Shown here: piece by piece, positions 51,299-60,876 of the stretch
Numbering within the stretch: position 1 is the first letter of the stretch
Layout: each line of letters starts with the position of its first letter
DNA from: an uncultured Candidatus Saccharibacteria bacterium
GTDB taxonomy: Bacteria > Patescibacteriota > Minisyncoccia > Phycocordibacterales > G965230995
Length of the DNA: 64,000 nucleotides
Direction: 5' to 3'
NCBI GenBank assembly: GCA_965230995.1
Contig: OZ246398.1
Coordinates: forward strand, 73,868 to 137,867
Notes under the pieces: generated by a model
What the model was told of the DNA's origin: nothing
The model's input: the letters and a program-made list of their open reading frames with translations, nothing else
Database searches by the model: none
Program-made: the position numbers and the translations under genes

Positions 51299-52984
51299 TT
51301 AATTTTTGAGTATATCCACCAAACGCAATCGCAATTCAATTTTCCCTCTGAAAATAGCTTTTTCCATATGAGCAATGATATTTACAATAATACCCGGCTT
51401 CAGTTCCACAGAGAAAGAATCCGGCCCCGCAAAAAATGCAATTGCTTCGGCTTTCTTTCCACTACCGTCCTGTAGTGTAAGTGAAAGATGATTTTTTTGT
51501 TTTCCAAAAAGCTTCATTCCTATTATTTCTACATTAGGAAATAGAAACAACGGCTTTCTGTTGTCTATCCCAAAAGGACTCATCATTTCAATCGTCCTGT
51601 AATTTTCTATATTTATATCCGCCAAAGACAATTTTCCGTCTAGAACTATTTCTTCAGAAATTTCTTCACGTTCAATGGTTCTGAATACTTCACATAATTT
51701 TTCTTCCATATGATGTACCGCTTCTTCAAATACTGAAAAACCTCCGGCCATTTTATGCCCGCCAAATTGTGAAAATACATCCGGAAGAGATTTCATTAGA
51801 TGGACCAAATCTGTTACTCCATCAGATCTGCAAGATCCTTTTATCATATGCTTACCCTCTCTACCCCACAAAAATACAGGGCATTTATATTCTTCTGAAA
51901 CACTGTTTGCAACCAAACCAACAAGCGAAGGTCGCCAATCTGGATTACCCATCACAATGACTTCGGGAACATCTCCCCTTGCTTTCATTCTTTTTTTTAC
52001 TTCTTTAACTATCGAAGCCACCACCCCTTTTCTTTCGTTGTTTATCTCCTCGAGTTTTCTTGCGTAAGCATCACCCTCGGCTTCATCTTTTGTTGAAAGC
52101 AAGAAAAATGCATCGGCGGGGTCACCCATTCTCGAAGCTGCATTTATTCTCGGAGCAATCATAAAACCAATATCGTCTTCAGTAATAAACCTCTGATCAA
52201 TATTTAATTTCTGTACTAGTTTTCTAATTCCCGGTCGTGGGCTTTTCCTCAAAACAAGCAAACCATATTTACCCAATATCCTATTTTCATCAACCAAAGG
52301 CACCATATCAGACAATGTTGCAATTCCAACCATATCAAGAAGCCATTTTTCTTGACCTGGTTTCAAACCAAAATCTCTAGATTGTAAAATTGCCTGCACA
52401 AGTTTCCATCCTACCCCGCTCCCACAGAGACCATCAAAAGGATAATTACAATCGTGACGTTTGGGATCAACAACAGCATATGCGGGCGGAAGTTTTTCTG
52501 GTTGTTCGTGATGATCAGTGACAATCACATCAATTCCTTTTTCGTTTGCATATGCAATTTCATCGTAATCAGCAATACCGCAATCAAGGGTGACGAGTAA
52601 ATCCACGCCATCGCGAGCAAAAGAATCTATCGCTTCACTATTTAATCCAAAACCCTCGTCGTGTCTATGGGGAATATAATTTTTTGCATTTGGATAACCA
52701 ATCAAATCAAAAAAATCCTTCATCATCACTCCAGCAGGAATTCCATCTGCATCGTAATCGCTATAAATTAAAATATTCTCACCATTATCAATTGCGCGCA
52801 GTATTCTCTCGACTGCTCTGTCCATATCACGCATTAAAAAAGGATCATGAAAGCCATCGTCAAATGACGGATTCAAAAAATCATCCGGATCTTCTATCTC
52901 CCTATTTTTTAGCAACTGGGCAAGCAAAAAATTATCTACCTGCTCCACCGCGTCTGCCAGGCGGTATCTTTTTCTCATAGACAT
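51299..52984 (-). CDS. recJ: ssDNA exonuclease RecJ
   Basis: DYDADG, TDHH, PRINAASR, GGHKMAGG. Confidence 0.96.
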   Translation of the reverse strand: MSMRKRYRLADAVEQVDNFLLAQLLKNREIEDPDDFLNPSFDDGFHDPFLMRDMDRAVERILRAIDNGENILIYSDYDADGIPAGVMMKDFFDLIGYPNAKNYIPHRHDEGFGLNSEAIDSFARDGVDLLVTLDCGIADYDEIAYANEKGIDVIVTDHHEQPEKLPPAYAVVDPKRHDCNYPFDGLCGSGVGWKLVQAILQSRDFGLKPGQEKWLLDMVGIATLSDMVPLVDENRILGKYGLLVLRKSPRPGIRKLVQKLNIDQRFITEDDIGFMIAPRINAASRMGDPADAFFLLSTKDEAEGDAYARKLEEINNERKGVVASIVKEVKKRMKARGDVPEVIVMGNPDWRPSLVGLVANSVSEEYKCPVFLWGREGKHMIKGSCRSDGVTDLVHLMKSLPDVFSQFGGHKMAGGFSVFEEAVHHMEEKLCEVFRTIEREEISEEIVLDGKLSLADINIENYRTIEMMSPFGIDNRKPLFLFPNVEIIGMKLFGKQKNHLSLTLQDGSGKKAEAIAFFAGPDSFSVELKPGIIVNIIAHMEKAIFRGKIELRLRLVDILKN

Positions 52985-53019
52985 ATGATAACATATAAAA
53001 ATAACTTTTGAACAAAAAT

Positions 53020-53376
53020 ATGGATTGTGTATTTTGCAAAATAGTAGCTGGAGAAATCCCTTGTCATAAAATCTACGAGGATGATAATTTTATTGCTTTT
53101 CTCGATATAAACCCTGTCGCACCAGGACACACACAGGTCATACCTAAAAAACATTACCGCTGGGTTTGGAATGTTCCAAACGTTGGTGAATATTTCGAAG
53201 TGGCAAGAAAAATCGCAATAGCACAAGGCAAAGCTTTTAACACAGATTTCATTCTTTCAAAAACAATCGGCAACGAAGTCCCCCACGCCCATATCTGGGT
53301 CTTTCCAAATGACACGGTTACAGGTGACAAAAAAGATTTTTCTGGCAACTCCCAAAAAATATTAGAGAATATGTAG
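53020..53376 (+). CDS. HIT family protein
   Basis: CVFCKI, FLDINP..PGHT.VIPK, VPHAHIW. Confidence 0.9.
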   Translation: MDCVFCKIVAGEIPCHKIYEDDNFIAFLDINPVAPGHTQVIPKKHYRWVWNVPNVGEYFEVARKIAIAQGKAFNTDFILSKTIGNEVPHAHIWVFPNDTVTGDKKDFSGNSQKILENM

Positions 53377-53406
53377 ACAGGCATTATAAATGATATATAC
53401 GAAAAA

Positions 53407-54594
53407 ATGAAAGCTGAATCTCTCAAATCAAGTTCAGATAACAAAAAAGAGCCTGAATTTTTCGAAGACCCAGCGGTATTTAATTGGAAAGACAGTCCTT
53501 CGATTGGTGATGCCGGACTATCAGAAACAGAAATATCAATGATAAGAAATGATCTAACACCAGAGATTGCAGAGAAATTACTCCAAAAATATGATTCCGC
53601 GATAGCACAACATAAAGAATTTGTATCATATATGATTAAAGACTTCGGTCTGCAACTTGGGCAAGATTGGCTTTTAAAAAGTGGTGCATCTAGTGCAAGA
53701 TCTATGATTCTACGCATTGTATCGAGGATAAAAAAAGAAGGCTATACAAAAGAAACAGAGAGAGAAATTGAATCCATAGATGACAGAACACTTCTTATGC
53801 TTAATATAGACAAACTCTTATCAAAATTTTCCTCAAAATATACCCCCGGAAAACAGGTCGAAACCAGTAGCGAGGCATTACATACAGATATTTTTCCAGC
53901 ATCAGATCTAACAGAAAAACAATGGGAAGAAATCTTAAGGATATGCAAAGATAATTATACAGATGATAAAATATTATTGACTTATGTAACTGAAGCCCTA
54001 AAAAGGCTACGAGAAGATGCTCCGAGACTTTCAAAGACCCGTTTTCACTTAGTAAACAGTTTTGATTTGCCAATCGCTTTTTTAAGAGTAGAAGAAAGAT
54101 CCCCGGACACGGTATTTGTTGGAACATTAAATTCCAACCGCTTATATAATGGATATAATGTTGGAATTAAACTATATGAAAATGCTATAAATGAACTAGT
54201 AAAAGAAAAAGTTGTGCTTGCCGAGGCCGACCCCACTTCAGCTATTATCCTAAAATACAGTAAATCCGGTGCGTATTTCTATGACACAAAAGAAATTTTG
54301 GACAACAACGGAAATTCTCGGACACTAATATCACTCATATGGAGAAATAGACCAGAAAGAACTAGAGAATTAACAGCGGAAGAATACTCAGACGAGTACT
54401 TAAATGAAATCAAGTCAGAAGGAGAGATATTTTCCGAGAGCTGTGAAAAAAGGGAACTCCCAACGAGACTAGTAGAATTAATAAAAGAAGGAAAAGTAAT
54501 AATATATGTCTACAAAAATTCTGGTAAATTCGAAATACTTTATCAAACATTAACACCAGAACTTAAACAAAAACTACTTCAAAAGAGAGTCTAG
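53407..54594 (+). CDS. Hypothetical protein with probable GNAT-like domain
   Basis: IAFLRV...VGTLNSNRLYNGYNVGIKLY resembles GNAT motif A. Confidence 0.55.
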   Translation: MKAESLKSSSDNKKEPEFFEDPAVFNWKDSPSIGDAGLSETEISMIRNDLTPEIAEKLLQKYDSAIAQHKEFVSYMIKDFGLQLGQDWLLKSGASSARSMILRIVSRIKKEGYTKETEREIESIDDRTLLMLNIDKLLSKFSSKYTPGKQVETSSEALHTDIFPASDLTEKQWEEILRICKDNYTDDKILLTYVTEALKRLREDAPRLSKTRFHLVNSFDLPIAFLRVEERSPDTVFVGTLNSNRLYNGYNVGIKLYENAINELVKEKVVLAEADPTSAIILKYSKSGAYFYDTKEILDNNGNSRTLISLIWRNRPERTRELTAEEYSDEYLNEIKSEGEIFSESCEKRELPTRLVELIKEGKVIIYVYKNSGKFEILYQTLTPELKQKLLQKRV

Positions 54595-55341
54595 GTCCCA
54601 TATAAGATCAAAAATTGCCGTTATAGATTCCTTGATTGATATAGAATCAATTACAACACCGACAAAAACGCCTTTTCTAAAGGTTATAAATGCAACCTTG
54701 TTTTTAAATGAATATATAACTGTATCAAGCAATTTAGTAGTTTTTAATTTTACAGTTTTAAAAGTAACCCATTCATCCTTTAAAGAACTAACGAGATCTT
54801 CGTTTTCCTTTGTTTCTGGAATAATAATTCTCTTCTTAACACCTTTGTTTCTTCTAATCTTTAAGTATTCTTCATTAATCTTTGCTATTTCCCCACTAAC
54901 CGATCGCAAGTCTACAAATTGGTAAACTATTTCATCCTCACTAACATCTAGAGTTTCATCTAAAATCTTCCATATTCCTTTTTTCCCCTCAAAGAAACGT
55001 ACATTTGGCTTTCCAGAAATCAGATTAAAATCTGAAATCATTTCTCCCATTATTGCTTCCAAAGAAGATTTGGCTGTGCTTATTTTTCTAGCCCTATCAT
55101 CTACAATTTCTTCTATATGTTTTGGGTTTTTTGCAATGTATTTTAATATTTTTGAGTCTTTTACGTTCTCTATTAGATTAAGAACTAAAAGTTGCTTAAT
55201 GTTTTTGTAAACCAAAGTCCTCTCTATCCCTGTAAGGAGAGATATCCTAGCAACCTGAATAGGTCCGTTTTTTAGAACTGCTTCATATATACGGCTCTGG
55301 TCATGTGTTAAGCCTGCGTCAACTAAATATTTTTCATACAT
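54574..55341 (-). CDS. TrmB-family transcriptional regulator 1
   Basis: GLT..QSRIY..L, RTLVY wHTH; KPNVRFFEGKKG; FDLIW C-terminus. Confidence 0.85.
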   Translation of the reverse strand: MYEKYLVDAGLTHDQSRIYEAVLKNGPIQVARISLLTGIERTLVYKNIKQLLVLNLIENVKDSKILKYIAKNPKHIEEIVDDRARKISTAKSSLEAIMGEMISDFNLISGKPNVRFFEGKKGIWKILDETLDVSEDEIVYQFVDLRSVSGEIAKINEEYLKIRRNKGVKKRIIIPETKENEDLVSSLKDEWVTFKTVKLKTTKLLDTVIYSFKNKVAFITFRKGVFVGVVIDSISIKESITAIFDLIWDLDSLLK

Positions 55342-55478
55342 ACAATTTTTTATATGATTTATATACTATAATATTTTTATCTGTTATGCAAATTTCACAA
55401 AAATATTTGAAAATTTAAATATAAAAATGGCTTTTTTTATAGTTTTTTCAAGATTTAGTGATATTTAGTTATGTTTAT

Positions 55479-55507
55479 TTGACATAATTAAACGCCTAGT
55501 GTAAAGT
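55479..55507 (+). promoter_or_regulatory. Sigma70 promoter for the hammerhead cassette
   Basis: TTGACA-17-TAAAGT at the AT-to-GC transition; palindrome TTATGT-N7-ACATAA overlaps the -35. Confidence 0.6.
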
Positions 55508-55812
55508 CATGCACAGAAAAGCCCGACAGCAATCGGGGTGAAGCACCAAAAACATTAACTGGCGGTCTAGCGTCCAAAGCAAGGACGTAGAGTGCACAAA
55601 GCCTAAGGGAAGCAAGGCAGTGCACCCCATTAGACGGGATATGGGCGTAAGTGACGCCCAGCCTACAAGTGAACTGACAGGCACTTGTTCAGCTTCCCAT
55701 GTGAAGAACTCTTTCTGTTGTGGACGGTCCAATCCCGTTGAAACAGAAGAGACGTATTGGTAGGAGAATTACCAATGTCAAAAAAATCTCCGGGCGGTTT
55801 GCTGACTGCCCG

Positions 55813-55861
55813 TCTGTCGCAGGATGGTTCCTGCCTGATGAGCCAATAATGGCGAAACAGA
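55813..55861 (+). ncRNA. Type III hammerhead ribozyme 1 (cleavage after C55818)
   Basis: TCTGTC / GCAGGA-TGGT-TCCTGC / CTGATGA / GCCA-ATAA-TGGC / GAAACAGA: complete core and three stems. Confidence 0.93.
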
Positions 55862-56125
55862 ATATTTACCGTCGAGGACAACTCTTAACTGCTCGGGCGC
55901 ACGTGCACGATCGTAGGTCGGACGTGAACCACGCACATAAATAGAGACAACAAGGTATTGTGCTGAAAAGGCTTCGGGTAAGTGCCAGCTGTTTGCTGAG
56001 TAACTAACGGACACCCTTAGTAGGCAACCTCGCGGAGGATAGAATCTCTACTATCCCGTTGGTGTGACCATCGACAATAGTCACAAAAATTTTTGGAGAT
56101 GGTTTGCAAACACCTTCCATCTCCA

Positions 56126-56176
56126 TTCTGTCGCAGGATGGTTCCTGCCTGATGAGCCAATAATGGCGAAACAGAA
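56126..56176 (+). ncRNA. Type III hammerhead ribozyme 2 (cleavage after C56132)
   Basis: Identical core to copy 1; stem III one pair longer. Confidence 0.93.
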
Positions 56177-56207
56177 ACAATTCCTTTGTAACTATTGGGA
56201 GGTTTGT

Positions 56208-56417
56208 ATGTTTGATTACCGAAGAGCTGAGCGTGACGCTGACATCGAAGAGCTGTACCGGGAAGACGAGCACCTCATGGTTAGTATCACAAAGCTCGAA
56301 ACCCTCAAACCCACCCCAAAAATCAAAGAAAGAATAAGTAAAATAAAGAGAAAACGTGCAGTGATACAATCACTGCTGAGGGAGGCCAAGGAAGACAGAT
56401 ACTTCCACGGCCTGTAG
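56208..56417 (+). CDS. 69-aa helical protein downstream of hammerhead 2
   Basis: GGGAGG SD before ATG; MFDYRRAERDADIEELY...; hairpin plus U-run after the stop. Confidence 0.7.
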   Translation: MFDYRRAERDADIEELYREDEHLMVSITKLETLKPTPKIKERISKIKRKRAVIQSLLREAKEDRYFHGL

Positions 56418-56488
56418 CCCTCAAACCACCCGCAGGACTTAGGTCCGGGGTGTTTTTGTATTTGTGCATTATCAATTTAACCTATATT

Positions 56489-57541
56489 CTACAAAGCAAC
56501 ACATTTGTTATTTTCTACCTTTGTTAAAGTAAGATCTCTTTCAACCACCCTATCATCACCGAATTCAACTGTTCCATATAGACCATCAATTTTTGCAGTC
56601 TTTAGATATTCTCGGACTTTTTCTGGATTATCTCCGACTTTGTCTATTGCGGTTAGAAGAATCAATGTATTTTCAAAAGCAGATGTGTAGAATGTTGAAT
56701 ATTCACCACCATGACCATCAATCCATTCAACGATTTCTTTGTTTCCTACAACAGGAAACTCGTAACTTAGTGAACCTTCGAGAGAATTGGCGGTTAAAAC
56801 CCCAGGTAGAGTACAAGAAAGATAGGAAACAAACTTTTTATTGTCTATCCCAATATTATTTAAGTCTTTATAAACAGGATTGAGTGAAGAACCATATGCA
56901 ACGACAACTAATTTATCAGGATTAAACTGTTTGATTTTTGCAGCTTCAGTAGAAAAATCCTTTGCATCTCGTGCGACTGAATAGCTCGTAACTGTAATTT
57001 TATCCTTAACTGCATTACGAATATTATTTTCCCATTGTATTCCGAACTCATCATTAGTATAAATAATTGCAAGTTTTGATACTCCTGAATTCTTCATGTA
57101 TGGACCAACACCGTTTAACGAGGTAAGAAAGTTTTGAAAGAAATTATTATAGTTTCTATTAATTCCAATAGTAGTAGCGTCAGTTACCAACACAACGTCA
57201 TTTGAATTTGTGAGCGGAGCAACTGCAGCCGAGACATTACTTAATCCAATAACAGCATAATTAACACCGCTTGCAGCAAAAAGTTTCTGAGCGACAGACA
57301 CACCCACTTTTGGATCACCAACCGTATCTTCTTCGACTAGATTAACCTTAACATTGTTTTTTTCTTCAAAATATTTAACAGCGTCCCTTGCCCCTCGAAT
57401 TGACCTTTCTCCGTATGTAGAAACAGGCCCAGACTGTGCATAAAGGGCACCAATAGTTATTTCCTGTGAATCCTTCTTGATAAAGGAAATGCCCAAAATC
57501 ACCAAGACTATTACAACCAATATAATTAATTTCTTTTTCAT
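56489..57541 (-). CDS. LivJ/LivK-like ABC substrate-binding protein 1
   Basis: N-terminal TM anchor, ITIGAL...SG, EDT.GDP, DFSTE..KIK, GLYGTVEF. Confidence 0.88.
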   Translation of the reverse strand: MKKKLIILVVIVLVILGISFIKKDSQEITIGALYAQSGPVSTYGERSIRGARDAVKYFEEKNNVKVNLVEEDTVGDPKVGVSVAQKLFAASGVNYAVIGLSNVSAAVAPLTNSNDVVLVTDATTIGINRNYNNFFQNFLTSLNGVGPYMKNSGVSKLAIIYTNDEFGIQWENNIRNAVKDKITVTSYSVARDAKDFSTEAAKIKQFNPDKLVVVAYGSSLNPVYKDLNNIGIDNKKFVSYLSCTLPGVLTANSLEGSLSYEFPVVGNKEIVEWIDGHGGEYSTFYTSAFENTLILLTAIDKVGDNPEKVREYLKTAKIDGLYGTVEFGDDRVVERDLTLTKVENNKCVAL

Positions 57542-57695
57542 AAAATTTATTATCTACTATGTCAATAATGGTAATACAAAAAAAGAACAAGTCAACTTGT
57601 TTAGACTTTTTTTCCTTTCTACCCTTATTTTTCAACATATATAAGTTGACGTCAGTTTTATTGACACTTTTTTGTAAAAAATATATACTAAAAAT

Positions 57696-58454
57696 ATGGA
57701 AGATTTACAGAAAACATTAATAGATTCTGGTTTAAACAAAAAAGAAGCCCAAGTTTATTTAACAGCCCTAGAGCTCGGCCGTTTTAGTATGACTGCTATT
57801 TCTGCAAAATCGAGAGTAAAGAGACCGACCTGTTATCTCATACTTGAACAATTGATAAACAAAGGACTCATAAGCAAGGCTCCACAACCTAAAAAAATGA
57901 TGTATGTTGCCGAACCACCAGAAAAAATTGAGGAGGAATTAAAGAAAAAATATATCGGTTTCAGAAAGTCCCTTCCCCTACTCAAAACCCTCGGTACAAG
58001 ACAAAAGAAAAATCCAGAAATACAATTTTTTCGTGGAGCAAAGGGTGTTGAGGCAGTATATAAGCAAGTTCTCGACGACGCCCCAAAACAAGTCTGCTCT
58101 ATTTTAAATACAGATAGACTTTTTTCTGTTACGGGAAAAGAATTTTTGGATGATTGGATAAAAAAACGAACCGCAAAGGGTATCCACATTGACTCTCTGA
58201 TGACAATTCCAAATGACAAGCAATATTTTTATGAATCTGATCCAGAGATATTGCGAAAGACAACATTTTTTAAGCCAACTACAGCTCTTGGCGGTGCTTT
58301 GTGGTTTTATAATAACAAAGTAGCTTTTGTATCGAGCAAGGAAGATGATTTTAGTTTTATTGTATCAAGCGAAGAGTTCCGAAAGACAGTCCAAGGTGTC
58401 TTTGAAGTTCTAAAAGAAAAATTGGAAAAAGAAAAGACAGAGAGTGATAAATAG
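57696..58454 (+). CDS. TrmB-family transcriptional regulator 2
   Basis: GLNKKEAQVYL, KRPTCY, PEIQFFRGAKG. Confidence 0.88.
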   Translation: MEDLQKTLIDSGLNKKEAQVYLTALELGRFSMTAISAKSRVKRPTCYLILEQLINKGLISKAPQPKKMMYVAEPPEKIEEELKKKYIGFRKSLPLLKTLGTRQKKNPEIQFFRGAKGVEAVYKQVLDDAPKQVCSILNTDRLFSVTGKEFLDDWIKKRTAKGIHIDSLMTIPNDKQYFYESDPEILRKTTFFKPTTALGGALWFYNNKVAFVSSKEDDFSFIVSSEEFRKTVQGVFEVLKEKLEKEKTESDK

Positions 58455-58467
58455 CCAAACAAAACAA

Positions 58468-58498
58468 CCACCCCGCAGGCCTTCGGCCTGCGGGGTGG
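58468..58498. terminator. Bidirectional terminator
   Basis: CCACCCCGCAGGCC-TTC-GGCCTGCGGGGTGG. Confidence 0.75.
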
Positions 58499-58520
58499 AT
58501 TTGCTTTTTAATGATCTAGA

Positions 58521-59576
58521 TTATTGCACCAGTTTTGAAATAACTACATCACTCTGAAGTATTCTGTTAGCAAATTTTGCTCCAGCATATCCCTCTGGAA
58601 TATAATTATTTGAATTAATTTTATCTATAACACAAGATGCCGACTTGGTACCACAAGATGCCAGAGCATGCCCAGTTGCCATAAGAGATTGGTACACATT
58701 AGCCATAGCAGACACCTGATCGAAAGTAGCATTCGGATACATTTGTTTTGCCTTTTCTTTAAATGCTTCACTTAGCGGTATTTCAAAGACAGTAACCTTA
58801 TTTTTTGCCGTACCCGACAGACTATTTAAATTATTTTCTGTAGCACAATCTTGCTTGTAGCAGAATACTTTTGCATTCACGCCTAATTCAACATTTTGTT
58901 TTATTAGGTTAAAAGAATCGGCTTCATACATAATGCTGAAAATATAGTCTGGGTGAAAATCCTTATTTTGAGTCAAAATAGTACGAAAATCATTACCGGT
59001 GATATTCTCGATAATCTTAATGTTTGACGTAGGTATAACTTTTTCAAGACCATTCATACAGTACGGCACAACATCAACTAATTTTGATAATATAAGTATT
59101 CTTGTGTTTGGATTTGCGTAAGCTTTTGTAAATTTTTCGCAGACCACCTCATAACCCACAAATGTTTTAACAGTATTTGGATTGTCTTCAGCAATTTTTT
59201 GATTGAACGCACTATAGACAAGCACTTTATCTGCACTTTTTGCTATAGGAGCAATGGAACTAGCCATACCAGAAAATTCGGTATAAAGCACATCCACTTT
59301 ATCTATATCAAGCATTTTTTTTGCAACTGTTGCCGCAACAGAGACATTACTTTGACTGTCTTCAACAATAATTGACACATTATTTTTGCCATACTCATTT
59401 TCCAAATCAATTCGTGCAAGGTTTATCCCCATCTTTACTCCCTCACCCCAAAAGGCACCGAAGCCGGTTTCTGGTATAGCAGCTCCTATTGAAATCATCT
59501 TTTTATCTGACGAACCAAAGAAGATTATCAATGAAACAACGACCAGAACGACTAAACTAATGATTATTTTTTTCAT
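58521..59576 (-). CDS. LivJ/LivK-like ABC substrate-binding protein 2
   Basis: IGAAIPETG...G, EDSQ, DFRTIL. Confidence 0.82.
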   Translation of the reverse strand: MKKIIISLVVLVVVSLIIFFGSSDKKMISIGAAIPETGFGAFWGEGVKMGINLARIDLENEYGKNNVSIIVEDSQSNVSVAATVAKKMLDIDKVDVLYTEFSGMASSIAPIAKSADKVLVYSAFNQKIAEDNPNTVKTFVGYEVVCEKFTKAYANPNTRILILSKLVDVVPYCMNGLEKVIPTSNIKIIENITGNDFRTILTQNKDFHPDYIFSIMYEADSFNLIKQNVELGVNAKVFCYKQDCATENNLNSLSGTAKNKVTVFEIPLSEAFKEKAKQMYPNATFDQVSAMANVYQSLMATGHALASCGTKSASCVIDKINSNNYIPEGYAGAKFANRILQSDVVISKLVQ

Positions 59577-59731
59577 ATGTTTAATAAATATTATTAATAG
59601 ACAATATTATATTAATAATGGCAAATTCTGTCATAACTTAATACGCATATATCTATATATGCTGTGCTATGGCTCTATATATAGATATTAATCTCTTTAC
59701 TTTCTGTCACTTTTTGTGATAGAATTGATAG

Positions 59732-60475
59732 ATGGAAAATTTAGAACAAAATCTAGAAACTTACGGCTTGGATTCAAGGGAATCTCAGATATATGTTTTC
59801 TTATTAAAAAACAAGGATATCCCAGTTACACTAATACAAAAGGAGACCGTGCTACCCAGAGCCACTATATACAAAATTCTAGATAAACTATCACACAAGG
59901 GGCTAGTTACCAGTTGGACAAAAAATAACGTCAGACATTATTCTGCAGAGTCACCTCACATCTTAGAAAAAACAATTGAAAATAGACGACTAGCACTTAA
60001 CGAAGTCATGCCAGAATTAACAAGGCTTTTTGGTATAAATACAAAAAACCCTACATCAAAGCTATACATTGGGAAAGACGGCGTAAAAACAGCATACGAA
60101 ATAATTCTAGAAAAACTAAAACAACACAGAAAGACACGCATTTTAGTTTATACCGACGGAGGATTAGTCGAAATATTGCCAAAATTTTATACAGAGTGGA
60201 AGAAAAAAAGAGATCAAACTGGAGCATTTACAGAATTACTCACACCAGCAAAACTCAGTATCGAGAGGGGCTACCAATCGGATCCTTTTCGAGAAGTTAG
60301 ATATATGCAGGGCGACCTCCCATTCAAAGGAAGTTTCAATGTTGTCGATTCATTAGTTATTTTCTTTTCATTCAAAGAAGAAAATACTTATTCGGTCGTT
60401 ATAGACTCCCCTGTCATCGCCGAAATGATGACTGGTATATTCAAATATTTCTGGAATACGCTTGGTAATAGATAA
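59732..60475 (+). CDS. TrmB-family transcriptional regulator 3
   Basis: YGLDSRESQIY, LPRATIY, FKYFW. Confidence 0.88.
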   Translation: MENLEQNLETYGLDSRESQIYVFLLKNKDIPVTLIQKETVLPRATIYKILDKLSHKGLVTSWTKNNVRHYSAESPHILEKTIENRRLALNEVMPELTRLFGINTKNPTSKLYIGKDGVKTAYEIILEKLKQHRKTRILVYTDGGLVEILPKFYTEWKKKRDQTGAFTELLTPAKLSIERGYQSDPFREVRYMQGDLPFKGSFNVVDSLVIFFSFKEENTYSVVIDSPVIAEMMTGIFKYFWNTLGNR

Positions 60476-60527
60476 AAGTTACAATCAGTTATTGCTACAA
60501 GCAATATTCTATGATATAATATAAAAA

Positions 60528-60833
60528 CCTGTTAGATAGACGCGGGGCGTAAGCTCTGAGGAAAGTCCGAACACAGCCAAGTATTTTACTTGGAGCAAGG
60601 TAGTGGGTAACACCCATCTGTCGAAAGACACGAGGTGCGAGCAGTGACGCCAAAGGCGAAAGCCCTAGGATTCCTTTGGGAATAATTTGATAGAAATATC
60701 AAAGTGAAACGGCTAAATCCTTATCCCTGTGCAAGGCCGTGCCGGTCGCAAGATCGGAGTGCCGCTTGAGCCGGCAAGTAATTGCCGGCCTAGATTAATG
60801 GCTATCCACGACAGAATTCGGCTTACAGACAGG
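60528..60833 (+). ncRNA. rnpB: RNase P RNA
   Basis: GAGGAAAGTCCG, GTGAAACGG, GCAAGG, ACAGAATTCGGCTTA conserved blocks; TTGCTA-17-TATAAT promoter. Confidence 0.96.
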
Positions 60834-60838
60834 CATAT

Positions 60839-60870
60839 GAAAACCGCAAGCGTTCCGCTTGCGGTTTTCT
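60839..60870. terminator. Terminator, identical to 62899-62930
   Basis: GAAAACCGCAAGCG-TTC-CGCTTGCGGTTTTC. Confidence 0.8.
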
Positions 60871-60876
60871 CTTTGA

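Noticed and set aside
55575-55630. c-di-GMP-I riboswitch or SRP RNA in unit A
   Set aside because: Only a receptor-like CCTAAG...AAGG stem; lacks the GGCAAAC/GNRA P2 arm and the SRP helix 8 consensus
55496-56369. Short ORFs (72-121 aa) across the hammerhead cassette
   Set aside because: No SD and they cross ribozyme cores or run antisense; only 56208-56417 has a convincing start
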